DNA from: a virus
Taxonomy: Duplodnaviria; Heunggongvirae; Uroviricota; Caudoviricetes
Virus record (IMG/VR): IMGVR_UViG_3300035547_000249
DNA: 54,252 nucleotides
Reading direction: 5' to 3' (one strand)
The position numbers and the translations under genes are program-made. This document shows, in pieces, positions 34,148 through 44,615 of the stretch. The notes below the pieces were generated by a model that worked only from the letters and a program-made list of their open reading frames with translations, was not told where the DNA came from and made no database searches. Within the stretch, counting starts at the first letter, position 1. Every line of letters starts with the position of its first letter.

Positions 34148-35956
34148 TTATACCCCCTCTTCTACTAGAATGGCTGAATTTACTGTCTGAGCCTGGGCTG
34201 CAGCCAAATCTAATATGATGAATTTAGTTGGATTATTATCGACAGCGTCAATAGTAAATTGACTTGTTACAGGAGGCGATGTATTAACAACTGAAGATCT
34301 TGTAAGATTTTTAATTTGACCATCACCGTTTGTATACTGCCAGTTCAAAGTAAGTTTGCTGTAAGTCGTAACTTCAACTGCTCCAGAACTTTCGTTCTGA
34401 CCCAATACCATCTCGTAATACCTAGGAAGCATGCCACCAATAGTGTAGTTACTATCACCAGATATAGTTGTAGTAGTTAAACCTGACAAGTTAGTACAAC
34501 TTATAGCTCCCCAAGCATGGGTTCCTCTAATACTATCATCAGGCAACTGCAACACATTAGTAAATGATGTCATATTACCAGCATTAGCCCAAGTTCCATT
34601 CTTCCACGTCCCTTTATCTGTATCAGGATCTGCAAGTGTGGGGACTGCTGACATTATCTGGTTAGAACTAATTGTAATTGTATGTTCAGCAAGAGCTGCT
34701 GCAGTGGTAAGAGCTACATTAGAATAACCTGTACTTCTTGTTCTAAGTCTAGAGGCAGGTTCACTTACAGTTAATTGAGCAGCAACATTAGCAATTCTAA
34801 CATTTCTACTATAAGTAGAAGTTGCACCATTATTTACCTTAGTTGCTGAGACAGAGTAATTATTGCTGCTGACATTATAATCTCCAGCAATTCTAGTTAC
34901 TGTCTTGGTCTGAGTATATGTGTTAACATTAGGTATTGTTATCTGGCTTAAAGGAGTACTGTACGTTATTGTATCAACACCAGCTGTCCAATTAGTTACA
35001 GATACATTAACATCTGCTGTTTCTGAATTCTTTAATGCGCCCTGAGTTGCAGGGTATGTTATTGAGTTAAAAGTTATTGTTGGGTAAACTTGGTCTATAT
35101 CTAAGTTGTCTGAAGTAACTATATCACCAAGTGTTCCAAGAGCATTAGATGCCCTAGCATCAACAGGAGAGTCAGAAGCTATATTAGATATGGTTATTGT
35201 ACCAGTTGCATATCTATAGCCCGCTCCAGCTCCATCTTCTGCTCCAAGAGTTAAATTAACAAGTTGTTTAGAAGCCTTTCCAGACAGAATCCACACTGAA
35301 TCAGCATCATTTTCTACAGTAACTGTTACCCCTATAGTATCATTATACTTAAGATCTGTTTGTGAACCAGGATAAGATCCAAAAGAAATATCAGTTATTG
35401 CTGGACCTGCTCCAGCTAAATTAACTCTTACTGTTGAACTCTGACCAGTAGAACTTGTTACTGTCAAGTCTTCATACTCACCAGGAGCACAAGTTAGAGT
35501 TACAGTTATTGAACCAGTAAATAATCTTCTATCATCTCCGAACTGAGACAAATTAGTACAAGGCGTTTCACCTATAGCTAAAGTAGGACTATAAAATCCT
35601 GCCGGCTCAGCAAGAAAATGTACAGTTACTTGCCCTGTATCAGAAGTACACTCAGTAAGTACTGTATCTGAAGGCACAGTGTCTTGAACATATTGCTTAG
35701 TACCAATATTTCCAGAGTTGGTTACATCTGTTATAAAGACATATCCTATAGCAGCTCCTTCTGCTTGGGAAGCTTTTTCCCAGTCCAAATCACCAGCCCC
35801 AGTCTTCTTAAAAGAAACCCCATTTGATCTTAGATATAAAGATCCAACGGGGGCCTCCTTTCCAGTAACTGAAGGATCTGATGTTCCAAACAGTATATCA
35901 GTTTTTCCATCAGGGGTGTCTATTCTTACCCCATTGGCTACTCCAAACAAAGCCAT
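34148..35956 (-). CDS. putative virion structural protein, Thr/Ser/Val-rich beta repeats
   Basis: GTSDPS..APVGSLYLRSNG..KKTG; Ig-like composition. Confidence 0.6.
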   Translation of the reverse strand: MALFGVANGVRIDTPDGKTDILFGTSDPSVTGKEAPVGSLYLRSNGVSFKKTGAGDLDWEKASQAEGAAIGYVFITDVTNSGNIGTKQYVQDTVPSDTVLTECTSDTGQVTVHFLAEPAGFYSPTLAIGETPCTNLSQFGDDRRLFTGSITVTLTCAPGEYEDLTVTSSTGQSSTVRVNLAGAGPAITDISFGSYPGSQTDLKYNDTIGVTVTVENDADSVWILSGKASKQLVNLTLGAEDGAGAGYRYATGTITISNIASDSPVDARASNALGTLGDIVTSDNLDIDQVYPTITFNSITYPATQGALKNSETADVNVSVTNWTAGVDTITYSTPLSQITIPNVNTYTQTKTVTRIAGDYNVSSNNYSVSATKVNNGATSTYSRNVRIANVAAQLTVSEPASRLRTRSTGYSNVALTTAAALAEHTITISSNQIMSAVPTLADPDTDKGTWKNGTWANAGNMTSFTNVLQLPDDSIRGTHAWGAISCTNLSGLTTTTISGDSNYTIGGMLPRYYEMVLGQNESSGAVEVTTYSKLTLNWQYTNGDGQIKNLTRSSVVNTSPPVTSQFTIDAVDNNPTKFIILDLAAAQAQTVNSAILVEEGV

Positions 35957-35976
35957 ATAAAAATCCTCCTATAATA

Positions 35977-36354
35977 TTATTTTCCTAAATACTTTTTTAT
36001 ACTCTCTATAAGAAATTTAAATCCAGTTGGTTTAGTAAAAACCTTGTCTATGCCGGCTATGTTTGGATCAAAATCATCAAATATATTACCATACCCAGTC
36101 ATAACAAATATTTTTTCTACGCTACTTTCTTTTTTTCTTATTTTAATGGCTAATTCAACACCATTATATTCTCCTTCTCTTAGATTTATATCTAAAACAC
36201 AAACACGAAAATCATACTTGTCTAATAATTCAATAGCAGAATCGTATGAGTCTGCTGTTTTGTATGAACAGGGTATTAAATCTAACATTAAACTATATAG
36301 ATTTCTTATATCCTCATCGTCATCTACAATTAATATATCAATTTTTTTTTTCAT
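35977..36354 (-). CDS. single-domain response regulator (receiver)
   Basis: ILIVDDD, VLDINL (phospho-Asp), MTGY, FTKP. Confidence 0.88.
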   Translation of the reverse strand: MKKKIDILIVDDDEDIRNLYSLMLDLIPCSYKTADSYDSAIELLDKYDFRVCVLDINLREGEYNGVELAIKIRKKESSVEKIFVMTGYGNIFDDFDPNIAGIDKVFTKPTGFKFLIESIKKYLGK

Positions 36355-36905
36355 TATAAATTATCAAATAGATTGTAAAAAATACTTACAAACTCCTCCT
36401 TAGTATTTTGATCCAACCTCCCAATTATTTTTCCGTTATGTTTTATAGCTTTAGATGAAGCAGCAACTATATCTGCTATATAAGGTATAGTATTATAATC
36501 TATTTTATCATAACAATCTATAAATATAAAATCATATGTGGAACGATTACGATATAGATGAGTCAAATAGTCTTCCACAATAACATCACACTTATTTTTT
36601 GTAAGCCAAATATTATTATTTATCTCCACCAACTCTTCCATCTCTTCTAAAACAACAAGTTTTTCAACCTTAGATAAAGATAAAATGTATCTAGACGCTG
36701 TTCCAAATAATAAACCTATAACTAAACACTTTCCTCTAGGTTTGTTACCTATTTGCCATATATAATCAGATAAATTATTATCGTGTGTTATTTTACCAGT
36801 AACATTGTTCTTCATATACATGAGACCGTTTACTTGATAGACACTATAATTACCATTATTCATAAACAACTCACCTTTAGAAAAATACCCATCATCAATA
36901 GACAT
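36354..36905 (-). CDS. spermidine-synthase-like SAM-dependent methyltransferase
   Basis: CLVIGLLFG, VVLE, YDFIFIDC. Confidence 0.65.
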   Translation of the reverse strand: MSIDDGYFSKGELFMNNGNYSVYQVNGLMYMKNNVTGKITHDNNLSDYIWQIGNKPRGKCLVIGLLFGTASRYILSLSKVEKLVVLEEMEELVEINNNIWLTKNKCDVIVEDYLTHLYRNRSTYDFIFIDCYDKIDYNTIPYIADIVAASSKAIKHNGKIIGRLDQNTKEEFVSIFYNLFDNL

Positions 36906-36926
36906 AGTATCACCAATTAAAATTAA

Positions 36927-37169
36927 TTAAACAAATTTGATATCTTTTACAGATAACCCATCAACAAACTTAAACACAACTCTAATCTCTGCTGCAGATA
37001 TTTTACTATCATCGTATTCCACATGTGTTTCATATCTTTCTTTTTCTGGATGGTAATATTTAGTTCCCATATTACATTCAGTAGATACACTTAACATGTT
37101 AGATATGTATTCATTAAGTTTTTCTTTTACTTCGTCTTCCCAACTCTTATTTTCTTTATTATCTGACAT
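36927..37169 (-). CDS. hypothetical protein
   Basis: 80-aa ORF with AGGAG RBS. Confidence 0.6.
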   Translation of the reverse strand: MSDNKENKSWEDEVKEKLNEYISNMLSVSTECNMGTKYYHPEKERYETHVEYDDSKISAAEIRVVFKFVDGLSVKDIKFV

Positions 37170-37178
37170 AGTAATCTC

Positions 37179-37664
37179 CTATTTAACTTTACCTTTTACT
37201 TGCCCTGACATTTCTTTTTCTTGATCATAAACATCAGAAACTAACCTAACCAGTTTACGAGTCCATTCTGGATCATCCTTATTTAGAATGATTTCTTCAT
37301 AGAAATCTTCTATTTCATGGCCTACTATTTTTGGAGACCCGTTCTCATCTATTAAAACATGTCTTAATTCGTGTGAAATAAGTCTTTTTTTATCAGCTGG
37401 TTGTGAAAGTTCCCATGCTTTTTTGTCTAAAAACAAAACATAATCATAACCTTCTGCTGCCTTTTCGTCCTGGGAAAAATACTTTATTTTTGCACTTGCA
37501 AGCTCAATACTTGCCAAAGTTACTTTTCCACCTTTAACCCTTTTCTTAAGATCATAAACCAATTTAAAATTCAAATATTGATACTGAGGAAACCTTTCTT
37601 CCATAACATCAAAAAATACCTGTAAAACATCATCTCCTACATCTTCATATCTTAACATAAACAC
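37179..37664 (-). CDS. putative phage metallopeptidase
   Basis: LISHELRH (HExxH)..GHEIEDF. Confidence 0.75.
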   Translation of the reverse strand: MFMLRYEDVGDDVLQVFFDVMEERFPQYQYLNFKLVYDLKKRVKGGKVTLASIELASAKIKYFSQDEKAAEGYDYVLFLDKKAWELSQPADKKRLISHELRHVLIDENGSPKIVGHEIEDFYEEIILNKDDPEWTRKLVRLVSDVYDQEKEMSGQVKGKVK

Positions 37665-37747
37665 TCCTATTAATTATAAATTAAAAAATTAGAACGGTAT
37701 AACCCCTGTACTTAATTATTAGTTAGTTAGTTAATTAAAAAAAAATC

Positions 37748-38245
37748 CTAATCTATTTTTATTTTTACAATTTTATCTACTTCTCTAATTTTTTTTGGAA
37801 GAGAACAAGCAATTATTCCTCTATTCTCATCATATTTACTTTTAATGTCCTCCACCAATACTTCAGATGGGAATTGAATAACTCTTCTAAACGCCCTACT
37901 AGATATTTCTCTAGTCAGCCATTTCTTTCCTTCATCTTCTTTTTCTTCATTCTTATCGACCTTTATGAACAAACAAGAGTCTTTAAACTCCAAATCAACA
38001 CTGTCTTTCCCAAAACCGGAAACAGCTATCTCTACTTCATAAGCATCGTCTGTCTCTGCCACATTTACTTTTGGGAAACTTGTTTTGGGTTGTAGATAAG
38101 AAAATACATCAGAATTAATACTGTTGCTATTCCAAAAACCATCCATCATTCTGTATAATTCAGTTATTGCATCATCGAAACGATTAATAGTTGACATACC
38201 CATATTTGAGTCCTGTCTTTTCATCACATCTTTCATTTTTTTCAT
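37748..38245 (-). CDS. Hsp20 small heat-shock protein
   Basis: FPKVNVAET..REISSRAFRRVIQFP..G.I..LPK. Confidence 0.9.
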   Translation of the reverse strand: MKKMKDVMKRQDSNMGMSTINRFDDAITELYRMMDGFWNSNSINSDVFSYLQPKTSFPKVNVAETDDAYEVEIAVSGFGKDSVDLEFKDSCLFIKVDKNEEKEDEGKKWLTREISSRAFRRVIQFPSEVLVEDIKSKYDENRGIIACSLPKKIREVDKIVKIKID

Positions 38246-38281
38246 AATATCCTCCTTATTGAAAGAGGTTATACCGTTCTT

Positions 38282-40063
38282 TTAGAAAAAATCAACATGA
38301 GTTAATTTGTTCTTTTTGCTATATTTTTTTAACCAATAAACTTTTGACTCTTCTGACTTAGTCTCAAGTTTGACTATCTCACCTGTAACCATACCACGAT
38401 CTATCATTGCCTTTATAGTGCTAGGGTCACTAGATAAATTAGTTGCAAACCCTATTATACCAGTACACTCTCCAAATTTATTAAATATTGGTGTTTTCCT
38501 TGCTTTAAGTATGGTCCAAACAGGATCTCCTTTTTTATGTTCTATGTATCCCATTTCTATATATTCACATGAATCTCCTATTGATACAACATGTTTGTCT
38601 GTAATATTACATGTATATAAGAAGGTGTGTTTTCTATCCCCCCTCTTTATAAATTCTTTTATAAGATCCAAAGAACTTTTGTTATTAGCAATACTACAAG
38701 CACTAAAATCTGTATAATCATTTATCTCTATACCATAAAACTCGTTACAAAAAGTAGGGTCTATAAACTTATAAACCATATCACTCTCATCTGAACCTAT
38801 ATCCCGGCTCTTTTCCCATATGTAGCCGTCTACAGCAGCAACTAAAAAATTTGTTCTATTTAAGTATTCTGATACTTTGTTATGAAGTCTTTCTTTAATA
38901 AATTCAGCTTCTTTTTTATCAGTAATATCTCTTAAATGTTCAACTATAACTAATATATTACCACTATCATCAAGAACTGGGTAAGATCTACAATCAAACC
39001 ATTTTTGAACACCTTCTAGGAATTTCTCAAGCTTCTCAGGTTTTTTAGAAGACTTACACATCATTGTTTGACACTCTTCACATTGAGTGTTTCTTCCTAT
39101 AAGTTCATAGCATTTACTACCTACATAATCAGAGGTTACATTAAATAGTTTCTTTCCAGCTTTATTCAAACTAATTATTTCATGATCAGGTGTTTGAATA
39201 TTTATCACATCAGGCATGTTGTTTATTACACTAGATAATAAAGCTTCACTATATTTTACTTTATTTATTAAATTCCTTTCCTCTGTAACATCTTCAAATA
39301 TAGTAGCAAATTTATTATCGTGTAAATGAAAAGCAACTATAAGAAAAGTTCTTTCCATAGGCATAAAAGTTATTTCTTTTCTTATGGATTTATCGTTCTT
39401 AACTACATCCCTATACAATTCTATATAAGGAGCACTATCGCACTTATAAATTTCTGTAGCTAACTTTCCTACAGCATCTTCACTTTTTATACCTAATATA
39501 CGTTCATAAGACGGATTAACATCCAAAACTCTGTAATTAATAAATTCATCATCTTCTACAATCATTTCATGTATTGCAGCACCAGACAACATAGATGAGT
39601 AAAACTCTCTAAATTTATGCTCACTCAATATTACTTTGTTTTCTGCTATTTTTCTATCTGTTATATCTCTTAAAACAAAAAGATATCCTATTACTTTTCC
39701 AGACGCCTCAACTATAGAGTGTCTATAACTTTCATACCACCCTTCAAAATCTTCTAAATAAATGTCACCATAGTAAATAGAATTATTATACTCATGTGAT
39801 ACGCCGCTTTTAAACTGAAACACAAACTCAGGTATAAGTTTGTATATATTGTTGTTAATATAACCATGATCCATATTCAGTGTTTTTAATAGTGATTTGT
39901 TTACAAATTTAATATTCAAGCCCCTATTTGTAATACAAACAAAATCATCTATAGAATCAAACGCATGCTTCCAAGCTTCGGTTTGATCCGATAAATAACC
40001 GTTACTTACCAATGTTTTGGTAAGTTCTCTTAATCTTTCTAAATCAGAATTGATAGAAACCAT
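38282..40063 (-). CDS. multi-PAS/PAC-domain protein with no recognisable output domain
   Basis: repeated PAS/PAC signatures (RDITDRK, EDVTE, RDITDKK); no H-box or ATPase. Confidence 0.8.
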   Translation of the reverse strand: MVSINSDLERLRELTKTLVSNGYLSDQTEAWKHAFDSIDDFVCITNRGLNIKFVNKSLLKTLNMDHGYINNNIYKLIPEFVFQFKSGVSHEYNNSIYYGDIYLEDFEGWYESYRHSIVEASGKVIGYLFVLRDITDRKIAENKVILSEHKFREFYSSMLSGAAIHEMIVEDDEFINYRVLDVNPSYERILGIKSEDAVGKLATEIYKCDSAPYIELYRDVVKNDKSIRKEITFMPMERTFLIVAFHLHDNKFATIFEDVTEERNLINKVKYSEALLSSVINNMPDVINIQTPDHEIISLNKAGKKLFNVTSDYVGSKCYELIGRNTQCEECQTMMCKSSKKPEKLEKFLEGVQKWFDCRSYPVLDDSGNILVIVEHLRDITDKKEAEFIKERLHNKVSEYLNRTNFLVAAVDGYIWEKSRDIGSDESDMVYKFIDPTFCNEFYGIEINDYTDFSACSIANNKSSLDLIKEFIKRGDRKHTFLYTCNITDKHVVSIGDSCEYIEMGYIEHKKGDPVWTILKARKTPIFNKFGECTGIIGFATNLSSDPSTIKAMIDRGMVTGEIVKLETKSEESKVYWLKKYSKKNKLTHVDFF

Positions 40064-40611
40064 TACTTTATCCCTAAATACGACTTTATAAACTCTTTAA
40101 ACAAAATAAAAAACCCTCCTATAGCAGCCGAAATTGAAGTTGTCACTATAGCAGATATTAGAACTATATATACTCCTAACTTGGTGTTTATTTTTATGTT
40201 TGAATCACTAAGAACACGTACCTCATCATTTATATCTTTAAATTTAGTAACACTATCATCTATATGATCTTTAAGATCTTTAGAAGTACAATCCCTAATC
40301 TCATCTCTAACATGCCCTATCTTTTTCTCTATACCACCCAGTTCATCATATATTGAGTCCTCTTTTAATTCTATTATCCTCTTTAACTCGTCCTTACAAT
40401 CAGACAACATCTTTATAATTTCTTCTCTATTTAAAGACAACTGTTTGAAAGCATCATCTTTATTAGTAGAAACCTGTTTAGATAACTCGTCTAATTTATC
40501 AGATAATCTCTGTAGGCTTGAAAACACATAAGAAAACCATTGCTTCTTAAGTTCTTCAGCTTCTTGAAGATGTAACTTAACTCCATTATTTTCTTCTCGG
40601 TTTTCAGGCAT
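40063..40611 (-). CDS. coiled-coil protein with a C-terminal TM helix
   Basis: heptad-rich with a hydrophobic tail; holin-like topology is speculative. Confidence 0.6.
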   Translation of the reverse strand: MPENREENNGVKLHLQEAEELKKQWFSYVFSSLQRLSDKLDELSKQVSTNKDDAFKQLSLNREEIIKMLSDCKDELKRIIELKEDSIYDELGGIEKKIGHVRDEIRDCTSKDLKDHIDDSVTKFKDINDEVRVLSDSNIKINTKLGVYIVLISAIVTTSISAAIGGFFILFKEFIKSYLGIK

Positions 40612-40627
40612 TCACTCATCTGTTTTC

Positions 40628-40831
40628 CTAAGGATTTTTTAGCAATTCTCCACAAATAGGACAATAGTTTATTGGCACAGCATATGTGTTTATATTAGTA
40701 TAAGCGCCATCTTTTGTTAAAAGTATCCACTTAATATACCAACCACTATGGTCATAGTCGTAATAAAATACATCTTTATAATTGTCTTTATAAATTCTCC
40801 AACCTTCACAACAATAATTATTTTGTATCAT
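40628..40831 (-). CDS. hypothetical protein
   Basis: CC..INYCPICG. Confidence 0.55.
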   Translation of the reverse strand: MIQNNYCCEGWRIYKDNYKDVFYYDYDHSGWYIKWILLTKDGAYTNINTYAVPINYCPICGELLKNP

Positions 40832-40845
40832 AAAAATACCTTTTA

Positions 40846-41403
40846 TTAGTGTATTCCACCACCTGTATATTCAAAATCATATTTTCCGCCAAAAGATCTC
40901 CATCCTTCAGAAGGCCAGTTCTTTCCTGAAACCATACCAGAAGCATCTACTAAATTAGTATCAGACACATCAAAACTAGGAGCACCAACAGAACTGCCTC
41001 TGTTATCAGACATGCCCATTCTAAAAGCCTGCTCATCCCTTACTCTTTTCACTGTTGAACCTGCAACATAAGGATTATGTTCTACATTTATTGCTCTTCC
41101 TGCAATATTCTGACCCATTCCTGTGTCTTCTGTAAGTGTTTCATAATCAGCCAATTCATCTTTGTCTTTAAAACCTAAAGAAGTTCTAGTATAATCTGAG
41201 TCCATTCTGTTTCCAACATTCAAAGCGCCGAAGTTAGAAAGTTTTTCATCTGATTTTCTTCTAATTGGATAACTCTGAACTGTGCCACTAACAGAAGCGA
41301 TGGTGTGCTCTGTGTCTGCTACTCCTGTGTGGTCTATTTGATAAAAATTAAATTCTGACATAATGTGTCTCCTCTTACTTGTTTTTTCAGTGAGGTAAAT
41401 CAA
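40846..41403 (-). CDS. hypothetical protein
   Basis: ORF; probable start MSEFN. Confidence 0.65.
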   Translation of the reverse strand: MIYLTEKTSKRRHIMSEFNFYQIDHTGVADTEHTIASVSGTVQSYPIRRKSDEKLSNFGALNVGNRMDSDYTRTSLGFKDKDELADYETLTEDTGMGQNIAGRAINVEHNPYVAGSTVKRVRDEQAFRMGMSDNRGSSVGAPSFDVSDTNLVDASGMVSGKNWPSEGWRSFGGKYDFEYTGGGIH

Positions 41404-41447
41404 AACCCTCTAACTACTATATAGTACATAAAACTAAAAATTCAACA

Positions 41448-42038
41448 TTAAAAATTATAAAGTCTTATTTTTATGTCACTATTGTCTAATAAATATTTAC
41501 CTTTAGCGTCATAATAATGCATACTAGTTACTATTACTTCTTCAATTCCAGCATTTATTATTTTTATCATACAATTGCCACAAGGAACACCACAATTTAA
41601 ATATAGTTTGGCACCCTTAACATTGACTCCCATACGTGCGGAGTTAACAATAGAATTCTCTTCTCCATGTGCGGCTATACACATGTCAAGGTTCTCTCCA
41701 GACCTTGAACCAACAACATATCTAGGACATAAGCCCTCTTTTGGTTTGTTGACTACATTACCAATATTATATTTGTCCCTAAATTCTTTATCGATTTCCC
41801 ACCTTCTGTCACAGGGAGGTATTCCCCTAGGTGGTCCATTATAACCAGTACCTATAATGCTCTTATCTTTTACCAACACAGCACCAACTCTTCTAGAAAA
41901 GCATTTAGATCTTCTAGACACTTGGATACTTAAATTCAAAAAATATTCATCCCAACTACTTATTTTTTCTTCTTCCAAAGAATAATTCTCTATCATAATT
42001 AATTCTCCAATACTTTGTTGTCTATAACTGTTGCCCAA
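41448..42038 (-). CDS. dCMP deaminase
   Basis: SWDEYF..RSKC..VGAVLV..GYNG..AHGEENSI..PCGNC. Confidence 0.92.
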   Translation of the reverse strand: MGNSYRQQSIGELIMIENYSLEEEKISSWDEYFLNLSIQVSRRSKCFSRRVGAVLVKDKSIIGTGYNGPPRGIPPCDRRWEIDKEFRDKYNIGNVVNKPKEGLCPRYVVGSRSGENLDMCIAAHGEENSIVNSARMGVNVKGAKLYLNCGVPCGNCMIKIINAGIEEVIVTSMHYYDAKGKYLLDNSDIKIRLYNF

Positions 42039-42253
42039 TAAAGATCAAGACTGTCTTCTGAGTTTTCCTCGCCATGTTCAGTAGAACGTTTAATAAGTTT
42101 AACTCTATCAGTAGAATTACACATAGGACACTCTATATCTATTAATATTATTGAGGATTTGGCTGGTGGTTTAAACATACATTCACCTACAACGCCACAA
42201 TCACAGTCATAATGTATTATATATTTGTCTACTTTGGATACTCTAATCATCAT
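41999..42253 (-). CDS. hypothetical zinc-binding protein
   Basis: CDC..CPMC. Confidence 0.55.
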   Translation of the reverse strand: MMIRVSKVDKYIIHYDCDCGVVGECMFKPPAKSSIILIDIECPMCNSTDRVKLIKRSTEHGEENSEDSLDLYWATVIDNKVLEN

Positions 42254-43292
42254 TCAATCCTTTTGATTTTACTTTGAATATAGTTTCCCCCTGTTTATCA
42301 ATACTGTCAGGTATTAAAAAAATCAAATCTTTTTCTTGAGACGTCATAACAGGACAATTATATTCTTTATTATAATGTTTTAACTCCTTACCGTTTGATA
42401 TCCTGTCTTTTACAAATGAGTTATGGTTTTCTATTCTATTTTTTACCCTCTCTATTGATATAGAGATTACATTATTAATTCCTTCTTTTATTACAGGCAT
42501 CAAATTAGAATCAAGTTCATAACCATAACTGTTTCTACTGCATGACATAGCCGAAAAGGTTGTTGTTCCAGCGCCTAGAAAAGGGTCCAAAACAGTATCA
42601 CCCATAACTGAATACATATTAATAAGTCTATATGAAAGTTCAAAAGGAAAAGAAGCATTCCTTTCTCTATTCTTAATTCCTAATTTTTGAGACGTTCCTT
42701 TTAAATCTGTCCAAATATCAGAAAACCACTTATTTCTTTCTTCCCAAAATATAGAACTCATCCTTCTATTATATTTATCAGTTTGAGATTTAAATTCTCT
42801 TTTATTTCCTTTCCTAAAAACAAGTATATACTCATGTTCTAAAGTTACATATGCGCCTGCAGGCATTACTCCAGAACCCATAAACTTATTAGGAGAATTT
42901 GTCTGCTTTCTCCAAATAATACAAGGAAGGTTAGTAAAACCAGCCACTAAACATGAAGATATAATTCTAGAATGATTCGAATATAAAGAAAAATTACCAT
43001 TAATAGTTCTAGTAGCATCTCCTATATTTATACAAGCAAAACCACCTGGTTTTAAAACTCTGTAACACTCATCCCATATTTCATCTAATACTAAATGCAT
43101 TCTATTGAAGGCACCGTTTCCATCACCAAGTTCAATTAAATTCTTTATGTCGCTATCAATATCTATAAACATATTATCCCACATTGATACCATAGGATAA
43201 GGAGGAGAAGTTACAATTAGATCTATACTATCATCTTCTAAATCCATCATATTTCTTGAGTCACCGTTTAATATTGTATGCAGTGTTATCAT
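42243..43292 (-). CDS. beta-class N4-C/N6-A DNA methyltransferase
   Basis: DLIVTSPPYP precedes VLDPFLGAGTT. Confidence 0.9.
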   Translation of the reverse strand: MITLHTILNGDSRNMMDLEDDSIDLIVTSPPYPMVSMWDNMFIDIDSDIKNLIELGDGNGAFNRMHLVLDEIWDECYRVLKPGGFACINIGDATRTINGNFSLYSNHSRIISSCLVAGFTNLPCIIWRKQTNSPNKFMGSGVMPAGAYVTLEHEYILVFRKGNKREFKSQTDKYNRRMSSIFWEERNKWFSDIWTDLKGTSQKLGIKNRERNASFPFELSYRLINMYSVMGDTVLDPFLGAGTTTFSAMSCSRNSYGYELDSNLMPVIKEGINNVISISIERVKNRIENHNSFVKDRISNGKELKHYNKEYNCPVMTSQEKDLIFLIPDSIDKQGETIFKVKSKGLNDD

Positions 43293-44548
43293 ATAATGAC
43301 CTCTTCTGGTAATTTGTCACCGTGTTTTTTAATAAAAACTGGAAATTGATACCTACCAGTATCAAACTGTTGTTCATATTCAATCTCTATAACACAAGGA
43401 AAAGACCAGTTATCTATTTCACAATCTCCTTCTTTGATTTTCAATCCTGTTCCTACACTTCCCAATTCCACAAGATTGCCGTTCCCATCATATTTTCCTA
43501 TAAGTAAGCTACCTATTTTACCTTGTTTTGAGCCAGAACCTTCTGTCCAACCATATGCTATAACATCATCTTCTTCTTTGGCTTTAAGTTTATAACACGC
43601 TCTTCTACTAGGCTTACCATTATACGTTATTTCAGCGTTTTCATCTGAGTTCCATACAACCATACCCTCATACATATGTTTATTGTTTTTTGCCCACTCT
43701 ACAGCCTCTGCGTGATTATTAAACACCAACTCCCTGGGGGGTATAATGTGTGGAGCATACATTTCTCTCTGTATCATATTTAAAACAGTATTATATGGTT
43801 TTTTTGTCATATCTGTTCCAGCCAAAAAAAGTATATTAAATACAACAGCACATACAGGAGTATCTTTTTGTAGAGCTAGTGTTGTTGTAACATCCTCCTT
43901 AACCTTGCCCTTGAGAGTATCAGACCTAGATATACTTGACATTAATTTAAAAGCCTTCATATGGGGTATCTTTAATATTGGGTCAATAATAAACTCTGTT
44001 GCTAATAATGTCTTTTTAGGCATATTTAATTTTTTTGCATCTTCGACAATACTTGGATACTTTTTAGTATGATCATCTATACGTCTAGTATATATTTTTA
44101 TATCTCCTGTATCTGTCACTAAAATAAAATGACATAAACCATTTTCTTTTATAAATGGTCTAAGTTTATCATTTAATAGTAAAGTATTAAATTTAACTTT
44201 ACTAATTTCTTTAATAGGTTTTGAACAACTAAACTGAGTAGGAAGATCACTAAAACTCATGTACTCTTTTTTTAAGTCTGGCAAATTATCAAGAGAGTCT
44301 ACTTCAATATAACCTTCTTTTATCTTCTTAGTTATTATCCTATCAAAATCTGCAACAGCTGCTTCTTTTGGTGATAATTCGTTAGACTTTCCTTTGTTTA
44401 TATAACCATAGGTGTTTGAAGTATTTTGTACTTTACCATCTATAAGTCCCCACTCTCTATTAACTGTGTCTTCATTTAGAAACATTTTAACAAACTTTAC
44501 TCTACCGCTTGAGTGTAGTTGGACCAATAACTTTTCTTCTTTTCCCAT
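43289..44548 (-). CDS. ATP-dependent DNA ligase with a WGR-like N-terminus
   Basis: REWGLIDG; KENG (motif I), YEGMVV, YKLK, OB fold with FP.F. Confidence 0.85.
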   Translation of the reverse strand: MGKEEKLLVQLHSSGRVKFVKMFLNEDTVNREWGLIDGKVQNTSNTYGYINKGKSNELSPKEAAVADFDRIITKKIKEGYIEVDSLDNLPDLKKEYMSFSDLPTQFSCSKPIKEISKVKFNTLLLNDKLRPFIKENGLCHFILVTDTGDIKIYTRRIDDHTKKYPSIVEDAKKLNMPKKTLLATEFIIDPILKIPHMKAFKLMSSISRSDTLKGKVKEDVTTTLALQKDTPVCAVVFNILFLAGTDMTKKPYNTVLNMIQREMYAPHIIPPRELVFNNHAEAVEWAKNNKHMYEGMVVWNSDENAEITYNGKPSRRACYKLKAKEEDDVIAYGWTEGSGSKQGKIGSLLIGKYDGNGNLVELGSVGTGLKIKEGDCEIDNWSFPCVIEIEYEQQFDTGRYQFPVFIKKHGDKLPEEVII

Positions 44549-44583
44549 AATAATCTCCTAAATTCAATTTGGGTACTAACACT

Positions 44584-44611
44584 ATTATAAGTATTAGTAC
44601 CCAAATGTCAA
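44584..44611 (-). promoter_or_regulatory. sigma70-like promoter upstream of the ligase operon
   Basis: TTGACA-16-TATAAT overlapped by the inverted repeat GGGTACTA..TAGTACCC. Confidence 0.65.
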
Positions 44612-44615
44612 TCAA

